From Convolutriloba macropyga (lineage: Eukaryota): a stretch of DNA of 64,000 nucleotides. Below the pieces are notes generated by a model. That model did no database searches, was not told where the DNA came from, and saw nothing but the letters and a program-made list of their open reading frames with translations. The DNA is taken from NCBI RefSeq assembly GCF_964194025.1, contig NC_134470.1, forward strand, positions 31,992,001 to 32,056,000, given 5' to 3'. Within the stretch, counting starts at the first letter, position 1. Each line of letters starts with the position of its first letter. Both the position numbers and the translations under genes were made by a program. Below, one piece after another: positions 13,701-27,479 of this stretch.

Positions 13701-13989
13701 ACTAGAGGGCACCCAAACTTTTATCATAAAAAAGGCGAAATCAAATTCTCTTTTGAACATTTCTTTTTTGTAATCCTGGTCGCTACAGCGAGAATCAAAA
13801 GAGGACGGTAATAATGTTCCTCTTTTTAAATATGCTATTGTTCAGCAACAGAACTTCTGCTTTTATTCATCGTACAGAGTTGTTAGTTGTGTCATTAGAA
13901 AGCTTGTCAAGCGTAGAATTTCAAAAAAAAAAATCCGAATTTTGCTTTCTCCAAGGAGCAACGGAGGTTTAAAGTTTTGTAACGTTCAC

Positions 13990-14500
13990 ATAGCTTCCGT
14001 TAACGAATAGTAGCGATAGCTCGTAGATCTCTAGTCTCAAAACGATAGTAAAAAACAGACCAAAAAACAGAAACTTCTCTTCATTACATGCTAAGATGTT
14101 TATTTTCATTAAGAACCTGTATAAATTATTGCTGCGTCTATTAGCTGCTCTTAAATTACCCTGCATTTTAAGTGATACACATTCACTTAACCGAATCTCT
14201 TTGAATTAAAGTGAAGAAGAAAAGTCGATTTGAGCGAGGGAGTCATTTTCGAGTGAGGTAAGTCACGTCTACCCAAAAACCTTAATCACGCGAATGAACA
14301 AAAGAAATGAAATAACTCTGTCCACTAAGAGTTGAAATAGACAGCACACGCGTCATTCGGATGAAATTGCTTCAACGAATAAACAAAAAGCAGATGTGAA
14401 GAGATTGTGACGTCATTCTATTGTAGCAAAACTCTTGACGAAGAAATAAAAAACAGCAGGACCAGTCTGGAATTACAATTCAAAGAATTGAAGCAACTCA
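13990..14500 (+). repeat. Dispersed degenerate relative of the array lead-in and first part of the array unit
   Basis: Shares TATTAGCTGCTCT, GAGGTAAGTCA, AATCACGCGAATGAACAAAA, TCCACTAAGAG and GTGACGTCAT blocks with 40030-40510. Confidence 0.75.
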
Positions 14501-15299
14501 ATTTAACAGTATTAGCCTACCTGAAAGATCAGCCTCCGATAAAAAAATAATAAAATCAAGACCTCCACGAAAGTAAACAAAACACTACAAAAACATAAAA
14601 CAAAAACAAATTTTCCAAAAAAAGTGTTATCGAAGTTCACACAATGAGCATCTTCAACACAATAGAAGTTTAGACCGCAAATACGAACCTTGCAGAAAAC
14701 CACTGCAGACAATATAACAGGACACCGCTAACGACATTTGGCAAAAAAGAATTTTACCAATGTCACCGAAAAAAGTGGCATCAAAGTCACTGAATCACGC
14801 AACAAAGACTTATATTCTTCGACATCCAACGCACAATCTATCAGTACAAAGAACATTACAACTTCAATAAAAACAATTGGGGGACTCCGCAACAAAAGAA
14901 AACAAATGCAGGCAACCAAAAAAAAGTTGAAAGCAAATGGTGTCGAAGCCAACTAAATTACTAGCAATCAATCTAAATAGAAAATAGATCCAATTTTGCC
15001 TAATTGAAGAGCAAAGGAGACCTAACAAAATTGATACTAAGCGCCAGGACAACAAAAAACAATTACAAGAACAGTCATAATCCAAAAAAAATCATTTTTG
15101 AAAACATACCTAAATGTCATGCGTGCCAAAGTCGATAAAAACTCCAGCTTTGAATTTAAAATTGATAAATTCAACTAAGACTAAAAAGAAAGCTAATGAG
15201 ATTAAGTGACAAAAACTACGAAAAAGCAGAATCCGAGAAAAATCTTTTTGAAAGCAGGTGGTGTCAAAGTAGTAAGAACTGTTTGATAAAAAAAAATTT

Positions 15300-15770
15300 A
15301 AACATAGCTGGCAGATTGCCAGAAAATAGCCACAATAGCTTCGTAGATCTGCAGTCTCAAAAAACAGTAAAAAAGGCAGACCAAAAAAATTGCCTTTTCA
15401 TTGAAGGCGGACATGTTATATTATGATTAAAAATCTGTTTTGCTGTCTCTATTAGCTGCTCTCAAATAACCTTCATTTAGAGTGACACACAGCCATTTGA
15501 CCTTATCTCTTTAAACAAAAGTCAATTTCAAAGTGAGAAAGTCATTTTTGAGAGTGAGGTAAGTCAACTGTGACCAAAAATTTAATCACGCGAATGAACA
15601 AAAAAATTGACGTCACGCACGCACTTCAGTTGAAATTGCGTGAACAAATGAACAAAAAGAGCAGATTTGAAGTGCTTGTGACGTCATATGGTCGTAACAA
15701 AAATAGCGACGAAATAAAAAAACCAAGAGAAGGCCAATAATAGCCCCAGCTATCGCTGTGAGGCTAATAA
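15300..15770 (+). repeat. Dispersed relative of the array lead-in/unit
   Basis: AGCTGGCAGATTGCCAGAAAATAGCC...GTGACGTCATATGGTCGTAACAAAAA...CCAAGAGAAGGCCAATAATAGCCCCAGCTATCGCTGTG shared with 40030-40920. Confidence 0.85.
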
Positions 15771-16967
15771 CAAGATAACAAATGCGAAATATAAGCGAAT
15801 CCTATAATCATATAGAACTGTCTATAATGAGACTAAATGACAGCACAAAAAAGAACAAAGGAAAATTCAAAAAAAAAATCACATACATTCTTTCGAAAAC
15901 AGTTGGTGTCAATGTCAAAGAGATTAATTTCAGCTTAAACCAGTGAATTTATTTAAACATGTCTCCATTGTACCATTGAAAACTTTCATTGATGAGACTA
16001 AATAACAAAATAACAAAAAAAAATGACAAAACAACAGGCAAAATCCATAAAAATCTCTTTTCTTTCATGAAGACAAATAGTGTCCAAGTATTTGAAAATC
16101 ATTGGTTGCCTTTGAGGGGTTTAAACAAGCATAACTATGCGTTATTAGAACATACGCATTCCCTTTTAAAAGCATTCGCACAGAAAATGAAACTAGGAAA
16201 AGCCAAAAAAAGAAGCCAGATTGCCGCACGTGAAAACATTTTGATCTCGAAAACCGAAAATTTGTTTAAATATCAATCTCTCACTTCAATTTAAAAAGCA
16301 CTTCGAAAAAAGTCTCGCTTTTCAACTATTCGATTGTCGCTGCTCTTACCACTCCAGTTTTACTAAAATCACTACAATTTCTGATTGCCAGAAAAGGTTT
16401 TAAAAAAGTGAACAGATGATCTGAAAAAAGACAGCAAATAACTCAAATTCTTTGAAATGTTACAAACCACAGGCCAATAAATACCCTACTTATCACTTTG
16501 CGGCTATTAAAAAACGATTAAAGAGTGAGTGAGAGAACGGCAAAATAGAAGGAAACAAACCGCAACAGACGAGAGCGCGAAACAATTTCATTGACCGCAT
16601 TCGATCCTTGAACCACCGGCTTTCTAGCAGCAGGCATTAATCATTCGTCCAAGTAGCCTTGTTAGCAATGAAAATCTCATAAAATCTCTCAAAAAGTTAC
16701 CAGACGTAAGCACTTAAATACCGCATGAACAAAATTACACACGTTCACGAAACTAGAATCTAGTTAAAGGCGCGAATTTTAAAGGCATTGTAGCAAAAAG
16801 TTCAATTAAGGTCACAATTAAACGTATCGCACAATTTTTAGACTCGTTCAAAACAATCACACATATGATAACAAATGTCACATTTTATCAACTATTCTTA
16901 TCAAGCTCTTTTGATACAATACGCAGAACCATAAATCATAATGCAGAACTGCAAAAGAATTTCCCGA

Positions 16968-17688
16968 TCACTTCATTTTCTCGTAAACAACGACGACTGC
17001 ATTTTCTTTCACGAATTTTGATCCAACTTCTGAGACTATGTTAATGCTCTGAACACCGTCGCAGGATACTTTAAACCATTCGGATCCTCTGTCACTTGAA
17101 GACCGCAGACTAGGAACCTTCATGTACGTTACGTAATCCCCATCATAGAAACTGAAACCAGAATGAGCGACAATAAAACACAGGGAATACTTGTATTCAT
17201 CCGGATCAACATCCAATCCAGGGTAGCCCTGCTTGCTCTGGCTAGCTACAGTCATCGGATAGAGGTCCAAGTTGTTCTTGTTGATCATGAGCTGATTAAC
17301 AGTTTTAACGATCCTGCCGTTACGCTCATCCGGAGCAAATCGGTTCAAGTTCAAAATTAAGTAGGGCGGCAATTGAGCAAATAATCGTTTCGAATAGTGA
17401 GAGAACGACGAAAAATGTTTTGGCGACTTTTCGTTAATGTTTACACTTAGTTTTGCGTCTCCTGAACCACTGTAAACTTCGTCACAATTCTCGTCAGCAA
17501 AAGAGACTTGTCTCGGACTGCTTGCCGTTTCCGCAAGGTTGCTCTCTGAGAGAATAGGAGTTTCGGTTTCAGCCGGCGGACAATGATGTTGGATAAATTC
17601 ATCGTAACAAACACATTGGAAATTGCGCGTTTTCTTCACTTTTCGTTTGCTCGACAAGAAGTGTAGACAGTCTTCAATAGTCGTGATC
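16968..17688 (-). CDS. USP-family (peptidase C19) protein, last exon; His box degenerate
   Basis: Acceptor TTTCAG (AG at 17690-17689); phase-2 join gives ...ARRITTIEDCLHFL; USP boxes LPPYLILNLNRF, LDL, YSLCFIVAHSG..GDYVTY, WFKV..V and AVVVVYEK; stop TGA ending at 16968. Confidence 0.85.
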
Positions 17689-18689
17689 CTGAAATTCAGT
17701 TTAAAAAACTAATATAATAGCTCGCTATCCTATTTTCAGCAAATTTGTATTCAAATAATGTTGATAATTGTAAAGATGATACAAGCTTAAAAATAGATAC
17801 TGGAGTTTCATATCTCGGCGTAACCAAGCAGCGGCATTAAATTGATTCTAAGATGCAAAAAAAAATCTTTTTCCCAGCTCCAGCTCCCAACCTATTTTTG
17901 ATAGTGCGTAAAACGCCGTAGAAACTTAAAGACCAATTGTAAACTACTAAAAAAAATGAAGTAATGAGTAAATACCATTAGAAGCATGAAACGCATGCCT
18001 ACTCGTTTTGATTACTATCAACTCCCACGAAAAGTTCATATCAGAAAACAAGATTCCTATCAAGGAGCGACGCAATATCTTAAGAAGTGTATACGAAATT
18101 TTACGGAGTTCAAAACGTCACCGAACACCAAAAACTGATTAAAGGGATTTTTGCATGATTTTAGAAATTCCTCCTTTTTCCGAATAACTTAACATGTTTT
18201 CTTTTAAGAATCTATCAGATAGCATTTTTATGGCAAGCTGAAAACTTTGCTACACAATAGCACAAGATATCAAGTTAGAGAAGTAATTGTTCCCACATTA
18301 TTTGAGAAAATGGGAGAACTTTATGCTAGCCCAAGTTTTTCTGTCCAGACTATTTGTGACTTTTCTTGAGGCATTTAACGCTAGCTTATGTGGTATCAAT
18401 TTGAAGCTTCCTGTGTCCAGAATTTCAACACGAAAAAAGGAAAAAAATATTTTCCACTCAACTTCAGGCAATTTAGACTATTTTTTGATCAAAATTAGCT
18501 AAAATTTTGGTCATAACTTTCATTTACAACAACGGGCCTTTTTTGAAGGCATATTTATAATAATATAATAAGCATAATAACTATCTAACGTTCTGTCAAA
18601 GTCTCCATATAGTACAAAAAAAATCGCCTTTTTAAAAAAAATTTCGAAAAATTTCCAGCCAATTTTTAGTTATTTTCATAGATTAATTA

Positions 18690-18880
18690 TGAATTTTTCA
18701 AATAACGAAAAATTATAGATATTTCATATCGAACTCGAAAAACTAAGAAATCTTTGCTCAAGTCATAAGAAACAGGGAGAAAATTATTTGCAATCTGTAT
18801 CAATGGTTAATTATAAATTTTTTCAAAAATCAAAAAATTATAGATATTTCATATAGAACCCGAAAAACTAAGAAACTTTA
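18690..18880 (+). repeat. Short direct duplication
   Basis: AAAATTATAGATATTTCATAT(C/A)GAAC(T/C)CGAAAAACTAAGAAA present twice, about 125 bp apart. Confidence 0.7.
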
Positions 18881-20409
18881 GTTTTTGGTAATAGCATACA
18901 TTTTGACACCAATCAACATTGTCTCAGTTTTTATGTCACTAAAAAAATTTTTTGTCATATTTTGCCATTCATAAAAACGACAGCAACTACGAGTTGTTTT
19001 GAGCAGCTCCAAGTTTTCAGTCAGCTAAATTTCATATAACTGATTGTTTTTGTAAGCAGTCCTTTTAAAGAAAAGTTCAAAATTTCTCATGATTTTAAGG
19101 TCAATTGGCGGTCAAATTTGAGGGGCACATCAGGCAGCATATCGGAGAATCACATTGAAGCAGCACAAGTAACATAAATTAAACTAAGATAAGTGAAAAA
19201 TAAAATTTTTGAGAATTTTTTTGCCTTGGCGTGCTTTGTCTGCAGCTTTTAGCTATTTGTTGATAATATTTGTTTCTAGTTCTATTCATAGCCTTTTTTG
19301 GCGGCTTCATATATTACCATTAAAGATAAAACGTGTATTGAAAAGAGGCAGTTCTTTGGTGCATTCAGTTTCATACTCATGGAGATTACCTGATTAGCGA
19401 CAAGTTTTCGAAAAAAAATGTACTTCGAAATTCGTTGTCTCAAGTTTTCTCTTGTTTCACTGTATCTTTGCTATTGTTAACAGGTTTTCTAATTTTAAAT
19501 AACAGCAATTGAAACAGGTAAGACTTCAACAGTACCGTTTCTCTGAATTAATAATTTTTACTGAGTTTTTATTTTAAAGAAGTTAAGTTTGCAATTCACT
19601 ATTGATTAACGTTTAGTCTTTCTGTCCAAAACAAAATTATTTGGAGGTCCAACATGCTCTCAAGTCAGATATATCGTCTTTCTTTTGGACCTCCTTGTAC
19701 GTAGCTTATGGTTCTTTCAAATTTGATATTTTTGGATGTTGCAATTTTGCAAGATTTGATGCTCATGTAATAACAAAACATTTGTTCTCGAAGTCCTAAA
19801 GGCAAAACTACAGAGTGAAATTTTATTATTTTTAATGCGTTTCGCAGAACTTTTTATTTAACTTTACAGGTATAAAAGGTTCCAAAACTTTATTAGCTAT
19901 TCAATGTTGTCACATAGCAAAACATCTCTCGAGAGTTTGAATTTCTCAAAGATTTGTAGGAAAAGACTGAGGAAGCTCTATCAACTTCGTCTAGAATGAA
20001 TGAACCGTCAATCGTCCGAAGAAGCCAAACTTAAACGCTCGTGTTTAGTTACAACACGTTTTAGGAAAACTCTTTTCATAATATTAATCATAATTTAAGT
20101 GCAACTAAGTATTTCATAATTAAGGTTTTTTAGTTCCCCAAAATTCAGCTATATAGTATTAGCTCTTTTTTCGCAGGAGCTTGATAAAAATACGGTGATA
20201 AAACAAACGTTTCTGAAATATCATTTTGGATGTATTGAATTAATAAATGTTAAGCTTTCAAATGAAAATGTGGGAACATTCTGTGCCACGCACAGAACAA
20301 TCGAGCCTTCTTGCTGAATTGTTACTCGCCAACGTTAGAAGAGCAACATTGTAGGTTGAATTTTTGTTCCAAAAAAACCGTAAACCTTTTCAAAAGACAG
20401 AAAATGACG

Positions 20410-20800
20410 AAACATGGCTGGAAGATTGCCAGAAAATAGCCGCAATAGCTTCGTAGACAGACCAAAAAATTCGTCTTTTCATTGAAGGCTGATGTTATAT
20501 TTTGATTAAAAACCTGTATGTTTTGCTGCCTCTATTAGCTGCTCTCAAATAACCTTTATTTAGAGTAACACACCCATTTGACATTATCTCTTTGGATTAA
20601 AGTAAATAAAAGTCAATTTCAAAGTGAGGAAGTCATTTGTGACCACAATTTAATCACGCGAATGAACAAAAAAACTCGCTCCACTAAGAGCGAAAAATGA
20701 CGTCACAGACGCACTTCAGTTGAAATTGCATGAACGAATGAACAATAAGCAGATTTGAAGTGGTTGTGACGCCATATGGTCGGAACAAAAAAAACCAAGA
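20410..20800 (+). repeat. Dispersed relative of the array lead-in/unit
   Basis: AGATTGCCAGAAAATAGCCGCAATAG...AAACTCGCTCCACTAAGAGCGAAAAATGACGT...TTCAGTTGAAATTGCATGAACGAATGAACAA nearly identical to 40040-40420. Confidence 0.85.
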
Positions 20801-20870
20801 ATCTGCCAAGCTATCGTCATTTCCCATTTAATTTAGATTTATGATTCCTCATTTAAAAAAAAGTTGTTAC

Positions 20871-20966
20871 TGAAAATGGAAATATACACGTGATAGTAAC
20901 AACGATTTGCTTCGGTAGCTATCGAATCAAATCGTTGTTACTATCACGTGTTTATTTCCATTTTCA
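20871..20966. repeat. 96-bp spacerless palindrome
   Basis: 48-bp arms (20871-20918 and 20919-20966) with 3 mismatches, centre TAGCTA. Confidence 0.92.
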
Positions 20967-22006
20967 TCATTCTCAATTTTGCGGGAGTTTTCAAAGACAC
21001 GATCTTGTTGGTAATAAAAGTTAACCTCATGAATACTAGTTTTTGGGAGCTGAAACTGCGACAAGGTGATCAGTTGCCAAAAAAATTTACCCAATGAGAA
21101 AAGAAATTAGCTCCCTCTACCAGTTTTTGCGATATCTTTACGAACCCACTCGTACGCAATCGAGTGACATATTGCAAAACAGTAGGAAAATCGGGTGTAA
21201 TTTCTCATCCTATTCTCTATAGCACGACTATGAAATGTGTCTGCAGATATGCGCCAAACCCGAAAGTACGGTGTCGGTCGAGCAAGTCCGGTTGCCACGA
21301 TAACAGAACGCGGTTTCCGGATTAATTCCCACAGCGGATGAGAGGCATGGTCATGAACAGAGGTACGTTGGGGCTCGAAACCACTCGATGCACTAGAAAA
21401 AAGACGCAATTTGTGTCCATAGTTCACTGGAATACACTGTAAATTAAAAATACTACGCACTATCTCGATTGTAACGATTAACGATGGATTATTTGCGAAA
21501 GATTGCATAACTATTACAATTTTCGGCTTGCTTTTGTGTCGGCTTACTTTTATTTCCGCCTACCAAGGGGTTGGTTTTCGTAGTCGCTGGCTTCTTCACA
21601 TGGTGAGGGGTAAAAGGAACCGGAGGGAAGGTGCAAAGGGGAGGGTTATTTAAAATCGCCATATAAACCGTACATTTACACCAACACATCAAAGTTTGGT
21701 GGGGTAGGTATATCTTATTATCCTCGGGGGTTACCTGTTCAGCATTTTTCTCAAGACAAAAGTCACGAATTTTGGCGGTAAGACGAAAAATCGGTAGTAC
21801 GAAAAATAACATGAAACAGACAGTACTAAAATAATCGCTACAAAATTAGTTTGAGAGCTATTAAAAAGAGATCAACCGCATGCAAAAACAACTCCGCTGA
21901 TTAACTTTCGTACAATGATTGCGAACTATACTTAACTTTTCGGGACAAGCTTCCACAACAATCTTTCTCGTCTGATACCTTTAAATAGAAAAAAAGGAGG
22001 CTGCGC

Positions 22007-22072
22007 CTGAATAACAACTGAGGATTACAACTAAGAATAACAACTGAGAATAACAACTGAATAACAACTAAT
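22007..22072 (+). repeat. Minisatellite of ~13-bp units (GAATAACAACTGA)
   Basis: About five imperfect tandem copies. Confidence 0.8.
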
Positions 22073-22534
22073 CAGAACAGGAGAACGCATAATTCGAAAT
22101 GTGAAATTCCGGATGTGCAAATTAAATATTCGAATATAAGCTTACTGAAGTGTATAGATGGTGCAAAAAAGCACACGACACAAATACTTTGTGAAAAAAA
22201 AATCGTTCTGAAGCAATTAGAACACATCTGAAGTTGAACATAGGACTATTATTCAAACATAGTCCGCAAACTGCCAGAAAAGAGCCGCCGTTGACCTGCT
22301 TGTTGACGCACATTGGGATTGAAACAGAAAAAGAAAAATTAAAAGATAGAAATTGACCGAACTTTTCTAAGTGTCATTTTGTTGGTGGCTTATATTCAGT
22401 GACAAGTGAAAGGAATACAGTACAATAACAGGCCATAAATTGTTAAAATAGCCTTAAAACATGAGATTTAGTTGAAAAACCTTCAAATTAGAGTAGAACT
22501 CCCTTTGATTACCAAAAACCTTCGACACGCTATC

Positions 22535-23155
22535 TGTTAGAATATCGATCAAACTATAATCTTAAACTTAGCGAGAATTAGAAAGAAAGTTTAACTTACC
22601 AGATTAGAAAGACAAAAGCAAATTGATTTTAATCAGAGAATTTATATAAATGAATCGTCAAGAAATGGTGCTTAGAATCAATATTCGGTTCAAATTGGTG
22701 AATCTAGATAACTAATATTAGAGTGAGATTATTTGATGTAAAATCTTCCCAGCATGTATTGAATGATTATGATACCACCGGAAATGTGAACGAAATCTTA
22801 GAGAAGTGTAAATGCATACCATCTATGGTATCCCCTGCGACTGATTTCTGGGAAATTTGCAGAAGCAAACCATATTGGGTAAACCTTGCGACCCCCACTG
22901 TAAATCATGGTGCTAAGATTAGTTTTGTATCTTGACTTTCTCGCACTGATAATGGGTACATATACAGCTGATTTTTGAGCCTTTTTTCATCCCCAAAACG
23001 AAATCACCATCTTGAGCCAATAATCAGATCTCTCCTGTAAATCTCTAAATTCTACTGTAAAATATCATTCTTGTTATTCTCTCATTTTGAGAAATTAATT
23101 TTTCTACTTAGTTAAAAACGCTTTTATTCAGCTTGCGAAAACCCATAAACCAACA
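22535..23155 (+). repeat. Copia 5' LTR (621 bp)
   Basis: TGTTAGAATATC...CCAACA; roughly 95% identical to the 3' LTR by manual comparison. Confidence 0.95.
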
Positions 23156-23169
23156 GGTTATGGGCCCAG
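23156..23169 (+). promoter_or_regulatory. Primer-binding site GGTTATGGGCCCAG (half-tRNA-iMet type)
   Basis: Immediately follows the 5' LTR; same PBS type as Drosophila copia, which primes from an internal fragment of initiator Met tRNA. Confidence 0.85.
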
Positions 23170-23287
23170 CAATTTTCTAAGTAACAAAACTAATTTCTAA
23201 AACAAAACTATTTTGTTGTTGACAGTCATAATCGTTTTAAGCTTAGTACCTTTTCTTTTCACAACTGTTTTGCCTGCTCAAACTACG

Positions 23288-26200
23288 ATGGATCAACAGA
23301 CAGTGAAGCTGCTGACCTACACAGGAAAGGCACAGGACTTTCCAATCTGGAGCACAAGATTTGTGGCAATGACGCAAACGAAGGGACTCTACAAATCACT
23401 ACTTGGGACAGAGGAGAAACCCAATGAGCAATGAGCCTTCACCACTAGCCAATGGGGCGAGCAATGATGAAAAGAAGAACCACAAGGTGCTGAATGATGC
23501 ATATGAGAAGGAAGTTGCAGACATCAAGGAGAAACGGAACAATGTGTGGTGCCATCTGGCACTGACTCTAGATGCAACAGCCCTCATGCTGATGAGACAT
23601 GACTGTGTGGGAGATGACGGCATCGGAGATGGAGCAAAGGCTTGAAAGCTTTTGCAAGCGAGATTTCAGTGAGGAGACGCCAACAGTGGCGACTTTGGTT
23701 GCACAGCCTGCTCGACTTCAGCTCGAGGATGCTGAGGATTTGGATAGCTTCTTCATCAGAGGACAGGAGTTGCTCACAAGGCTACAAGAAGCAGAGTAAG
23801 TAGTCTCAGACCCTCTTCAACGCCTTGGTCCTCAGTGGTCTGCCAATGAGGTATTAAAGTTTTGTTATACAGGAAAGCTTTAACCCGGCAACGAACTTCA
23901 GAGTTGAGGAAAAGGCTGCAGAACTTCCGTGAGAGCACAGCACAGAGGCACAAGGGAAAAAGTGGTTCAGTGGCACTGGCAGTAAAGCGTGACTTCAAGA
24001 AGGGACCCAGGAAAGGAAACTGCATTGTGTGTGGGATCCCTGGACACTTTGCCAAGGACTGCAGGAGGAAGAAGACAGCACAATGCAGCAAGTGTGATGA
24101 GAAAGGTCACCTAGACAGGGCATGCAAGAGACAAAGAGATGGAGGCAAACATGAGTCAGTGTCAATGGGTCCAACATTGGCTTCATCAGACGAGGAATAC
24201 TGGGCAGCTCTTACCCAGTGAAAGACAGCAGGCATGCTAGTGGACAGTGGTTGTACAGATCACATAGTGACAAACATCGACACGTTCCTGGACCTTGTGC
24301 CCATTCAATCAGTGGTCAGAAATCCCAACGGAGAGGCTTCCAGAGTGGTGGGCAGAGGCTGTGTGAGGATCAGCATACCCTCAAACAAAGGGAAGTTCCA
24401 ATGCGAACTCAAAAAATTTTTGTGTGTGCCTGACTATTCTTCAAACCTCCTTTCAGTCTCAAGATGCATGGAGTGGGGACATGGCTTCACTTTCGAGAAA
24501 AGAAACAGCTGCATGAAACTCCAGAAGGGAACACGGGTAAAACTAACACAAGAAAATACCTTGCTTGTTTTACTTACCTTGCAGCGTTCTAGAGTTCAAA
24601 ATGAGTTCCAACAGCGTGAAACTTGACAGTGCAAGGAAGTGGCACAGACGATTGGGTCATTTGAATGAAGCGGATGTGGTCAGGAATGCACCAGAGACAG
24701 TGGGGGAACTCGATGATGTATGCAATGTGTGCGCATTGGCCAAGATCACAAAGACTACAGTACCAAGAGTGGCAGAGACCCAAGCAGAAGAGAATCTGGA
24801 GAGGGTATTCACAGACGTGATGGGACCTTTCAGAGTAGAATCACTGTCAGGGTTCCGGTTCTGCAATTTGTTTGCAGACCAGTACACGAAGTTTGTGTTT
24901 GTGGACTTGCTTAAGGCAAAGACTGAAGCACTGGCCAGCTTGAAGAAGTTTGTTCTCAGTGTGGGGACGCCCAAGGAGCTGAGACAAGACAATGCGAAGG
25001 AGTTTCTCTCAGAGCAGTTCAAGAAGTAGTGTTTAGATGCAGGCATTCTACAGAAGAAGACCATACCAGAGACGCCACAACAGAATGGGTTAGCTGAGAG
25101 GTGCAACAGGACACTGCTGGAGATGGCAAGATGCTTGTTCATTGACTCGGGTCTTCGCAAGATGATGTGGGGAGCAGCAATTCTCCATGTAACAAGGATC
25201 AGGAACTTGGTTGTGAGACGAGAAGAAAAATGCCCAGCAGAGCTGATGCGAGGTATAAAATCTAAGCTTTCAATTAGTAAACTATTTATTTTTGGTTGCA
25301 CAGTCTTCATGAGGAAGCGGGACAGAGATGTCAGCAAACTTGAACCCAAGGCACTGGAAGGAAAGTTTGTGGGTTACACTGAAGGAGACAATGGATACCT
25401 GGTGTACGCACCCACCACACGCAAGGTTGTGGCAGTTCGAGATGTGATCATCAAGGAGTCCGAAGTGGGCTCAATCCCTGACAACACAGAGACGCCCGAC
25501 CTACTAGATGAGGGGTCACAGCAACTGGGGATCTGGCACCCAGTTGATGGTCATCAAGACGATGGCAACAGAGAGGAGCAGGGCATATCTACTGCAATAA
25601 AGGAGGAGTGGCATGACGCAGAGAGCGTGAACACTCAAGAAACGACACTGAGACGAGATGCCTCAGATGTTGAGGAAGCAGCACTGGATGAAGAATCTAC
25701 TGCAACAAGAGGGAGTCTCAGCGACTCGGAGTCACTGGAAGACAGTGAAACGGAGGACTTCTCACAGACAGTTGGCTCATTTGAAGAGTCACTGGAGCAA
25801 GCGGACAGGGCAGTGCCCAGACGAGGGACACGAGCACGGAATGTTCCGCAATTTTTGGAGAAGTCAGGACCCATCTTGCTGTGACTGAGGGTGACTATGT
25901 GGAACCCAAAACAGTCTACGAAGCCAAGCAAGGTGACGATTGGGACCAGTGGCACCCGGCAATGAAGGACGAGGTCAAGGCACTCCAAGACAACGAGACT
26001 TGGAACCTAGTGAGACCACCCACAGACAGGGACATCATACCGGGCAAATGGGTCTACACAGTGAAATTGGGACCCAGTGGTCATGTGGACAAATACAAAG
26101 CACGCTATGTGGCAAAAGGCTTCAAACAGGTGGAATGACTGGACTACTTTGAGACTTTTGCGCCTATCTGTAAGCCAGAGACATTCAGGATTCGATTCTT

Positions 26201-27470
26201 CTTCAACTATAAGCAAAGCAGGGCCATGTGATGCACCAATTTGATGTCAAGACGGCTTTTCTGCAATCACCAATAGAGGAAAAAGTGTAACTGGAACAGC
26301 CACAGGAGTTTGTAAAACAATGATCAGATGGGGAGAAGTTAGTATGCCGACTGAATAAATCGATTTATGGTTTGAAACAGGCAGCTAACAACTGGTATAA
26401 GGAGCTGGCAAACTTCTTACGGCAAAAGGGGTTCACCAGAAGCAGGAATGACCATTGCTTGTTCGCAAGAGCAGAGACAGAGGGCCACACTTTCATCTTG
26501 TTCTGGATTGACGACATCATAGTGGCATCAAGAAGCATGGCAGTGATCTCCGATGTCAAAAAAGCACTCGAAGCAACATTTAACATGGAAGACAGAGGGA
26601 GATTACACTGGTTTCTGGGTCTAAGAATCAGACGAGAAGAAGGCAAAGTCACAGTCGACCAAGAGCGCTACATAGAAACAATGCTTGAGCGGTTTCAAAT
26701 GGATCAATGCAAACCCTCAAGAGCTCTAGCTGATTTGAATTTGAAACTTCAGACAGCACAGAACGGAGACGAAGAAGCGGACCAGAGGATCTACAGAAGC
26801 TTGGTTGGATCACTTCTCTATCTGGCCAAACAGACGAGGCCAGACATCATGTTCACCGTCAACATTCTGTCCAGACACATGAATGCACCTACCAATCAAC
26901 ACTGGAAGTGCGGAAAAAGACTTCTGCGATATCTTCAAGGTTCAAAAGGTTTCAAACTTATTTACACAAAAGAAGCTAGTTATGATTTAGTGGGGGAAGT
27001 GATGCAGACTGGTCTGGTGACGTGAACGACAGAAAATCAACGACGGGCTACTACTTCAAGCTCAACGGACATGGCGCAGCACTCAGCTGGGGTGTCAAGA
27101 ATCAGGGCACAGTTGCTCTTTCTTCATCAGAAGCAGAATATCAGGGCATGGCAGCAGCAGTTCAAGAAGCATTGTATCTGAAACAGCTTCTAGAGGATTT
27201 CGGCATCCAACAGAAACATCCAATAGCAATTGGAGAGGACAACCAGAGTTGTATTAAATTGTGCCAAAACCCAGTCATGCACAAGAGGAGCAAACACATT
27301 GAGACGAAATTTCACTTCATTCGGGACAAGACGGATGGTGGGACTATTTCAATTCATTACGTTCCCACTGACAAAATGGCAGCCGACATCTTCACGAAAT
27401 CTTTACCCGTATCGAAGGTGAAAACATTCAGAACTGTTTTGATGGGAACAGACTCTACGCAATCAGCTCT
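23288..27470 (+). pseudogene. Copia gag-pol pseudogene (many frameshifts and stops)
   Basis: Two CX2CX4HX4C knuckles, protease LVDSGCT, GAG-pre-integrase WHRRLGH..CNVC, integrase TPQQNGLAER, RT YKARYVAKGF / FWIDD and RNase H ALSSSEAEY / KHI / ADIFTK, split across frames. Confidence 0.93.
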
Positions 27471-27479
27471 GAGTGGGGG

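Noticed and set aside
16588-16662. Minus-strand tRNA-like sequence
   Set aside because: A and B boxes are both degenerate and no cloverleaf forms; at most a decayed SINE head.
24657-25349. 230-aa antisense ORF in the Copia integrase region
   Set aside because: Expected shadow of the sense frame; no independent evidence.
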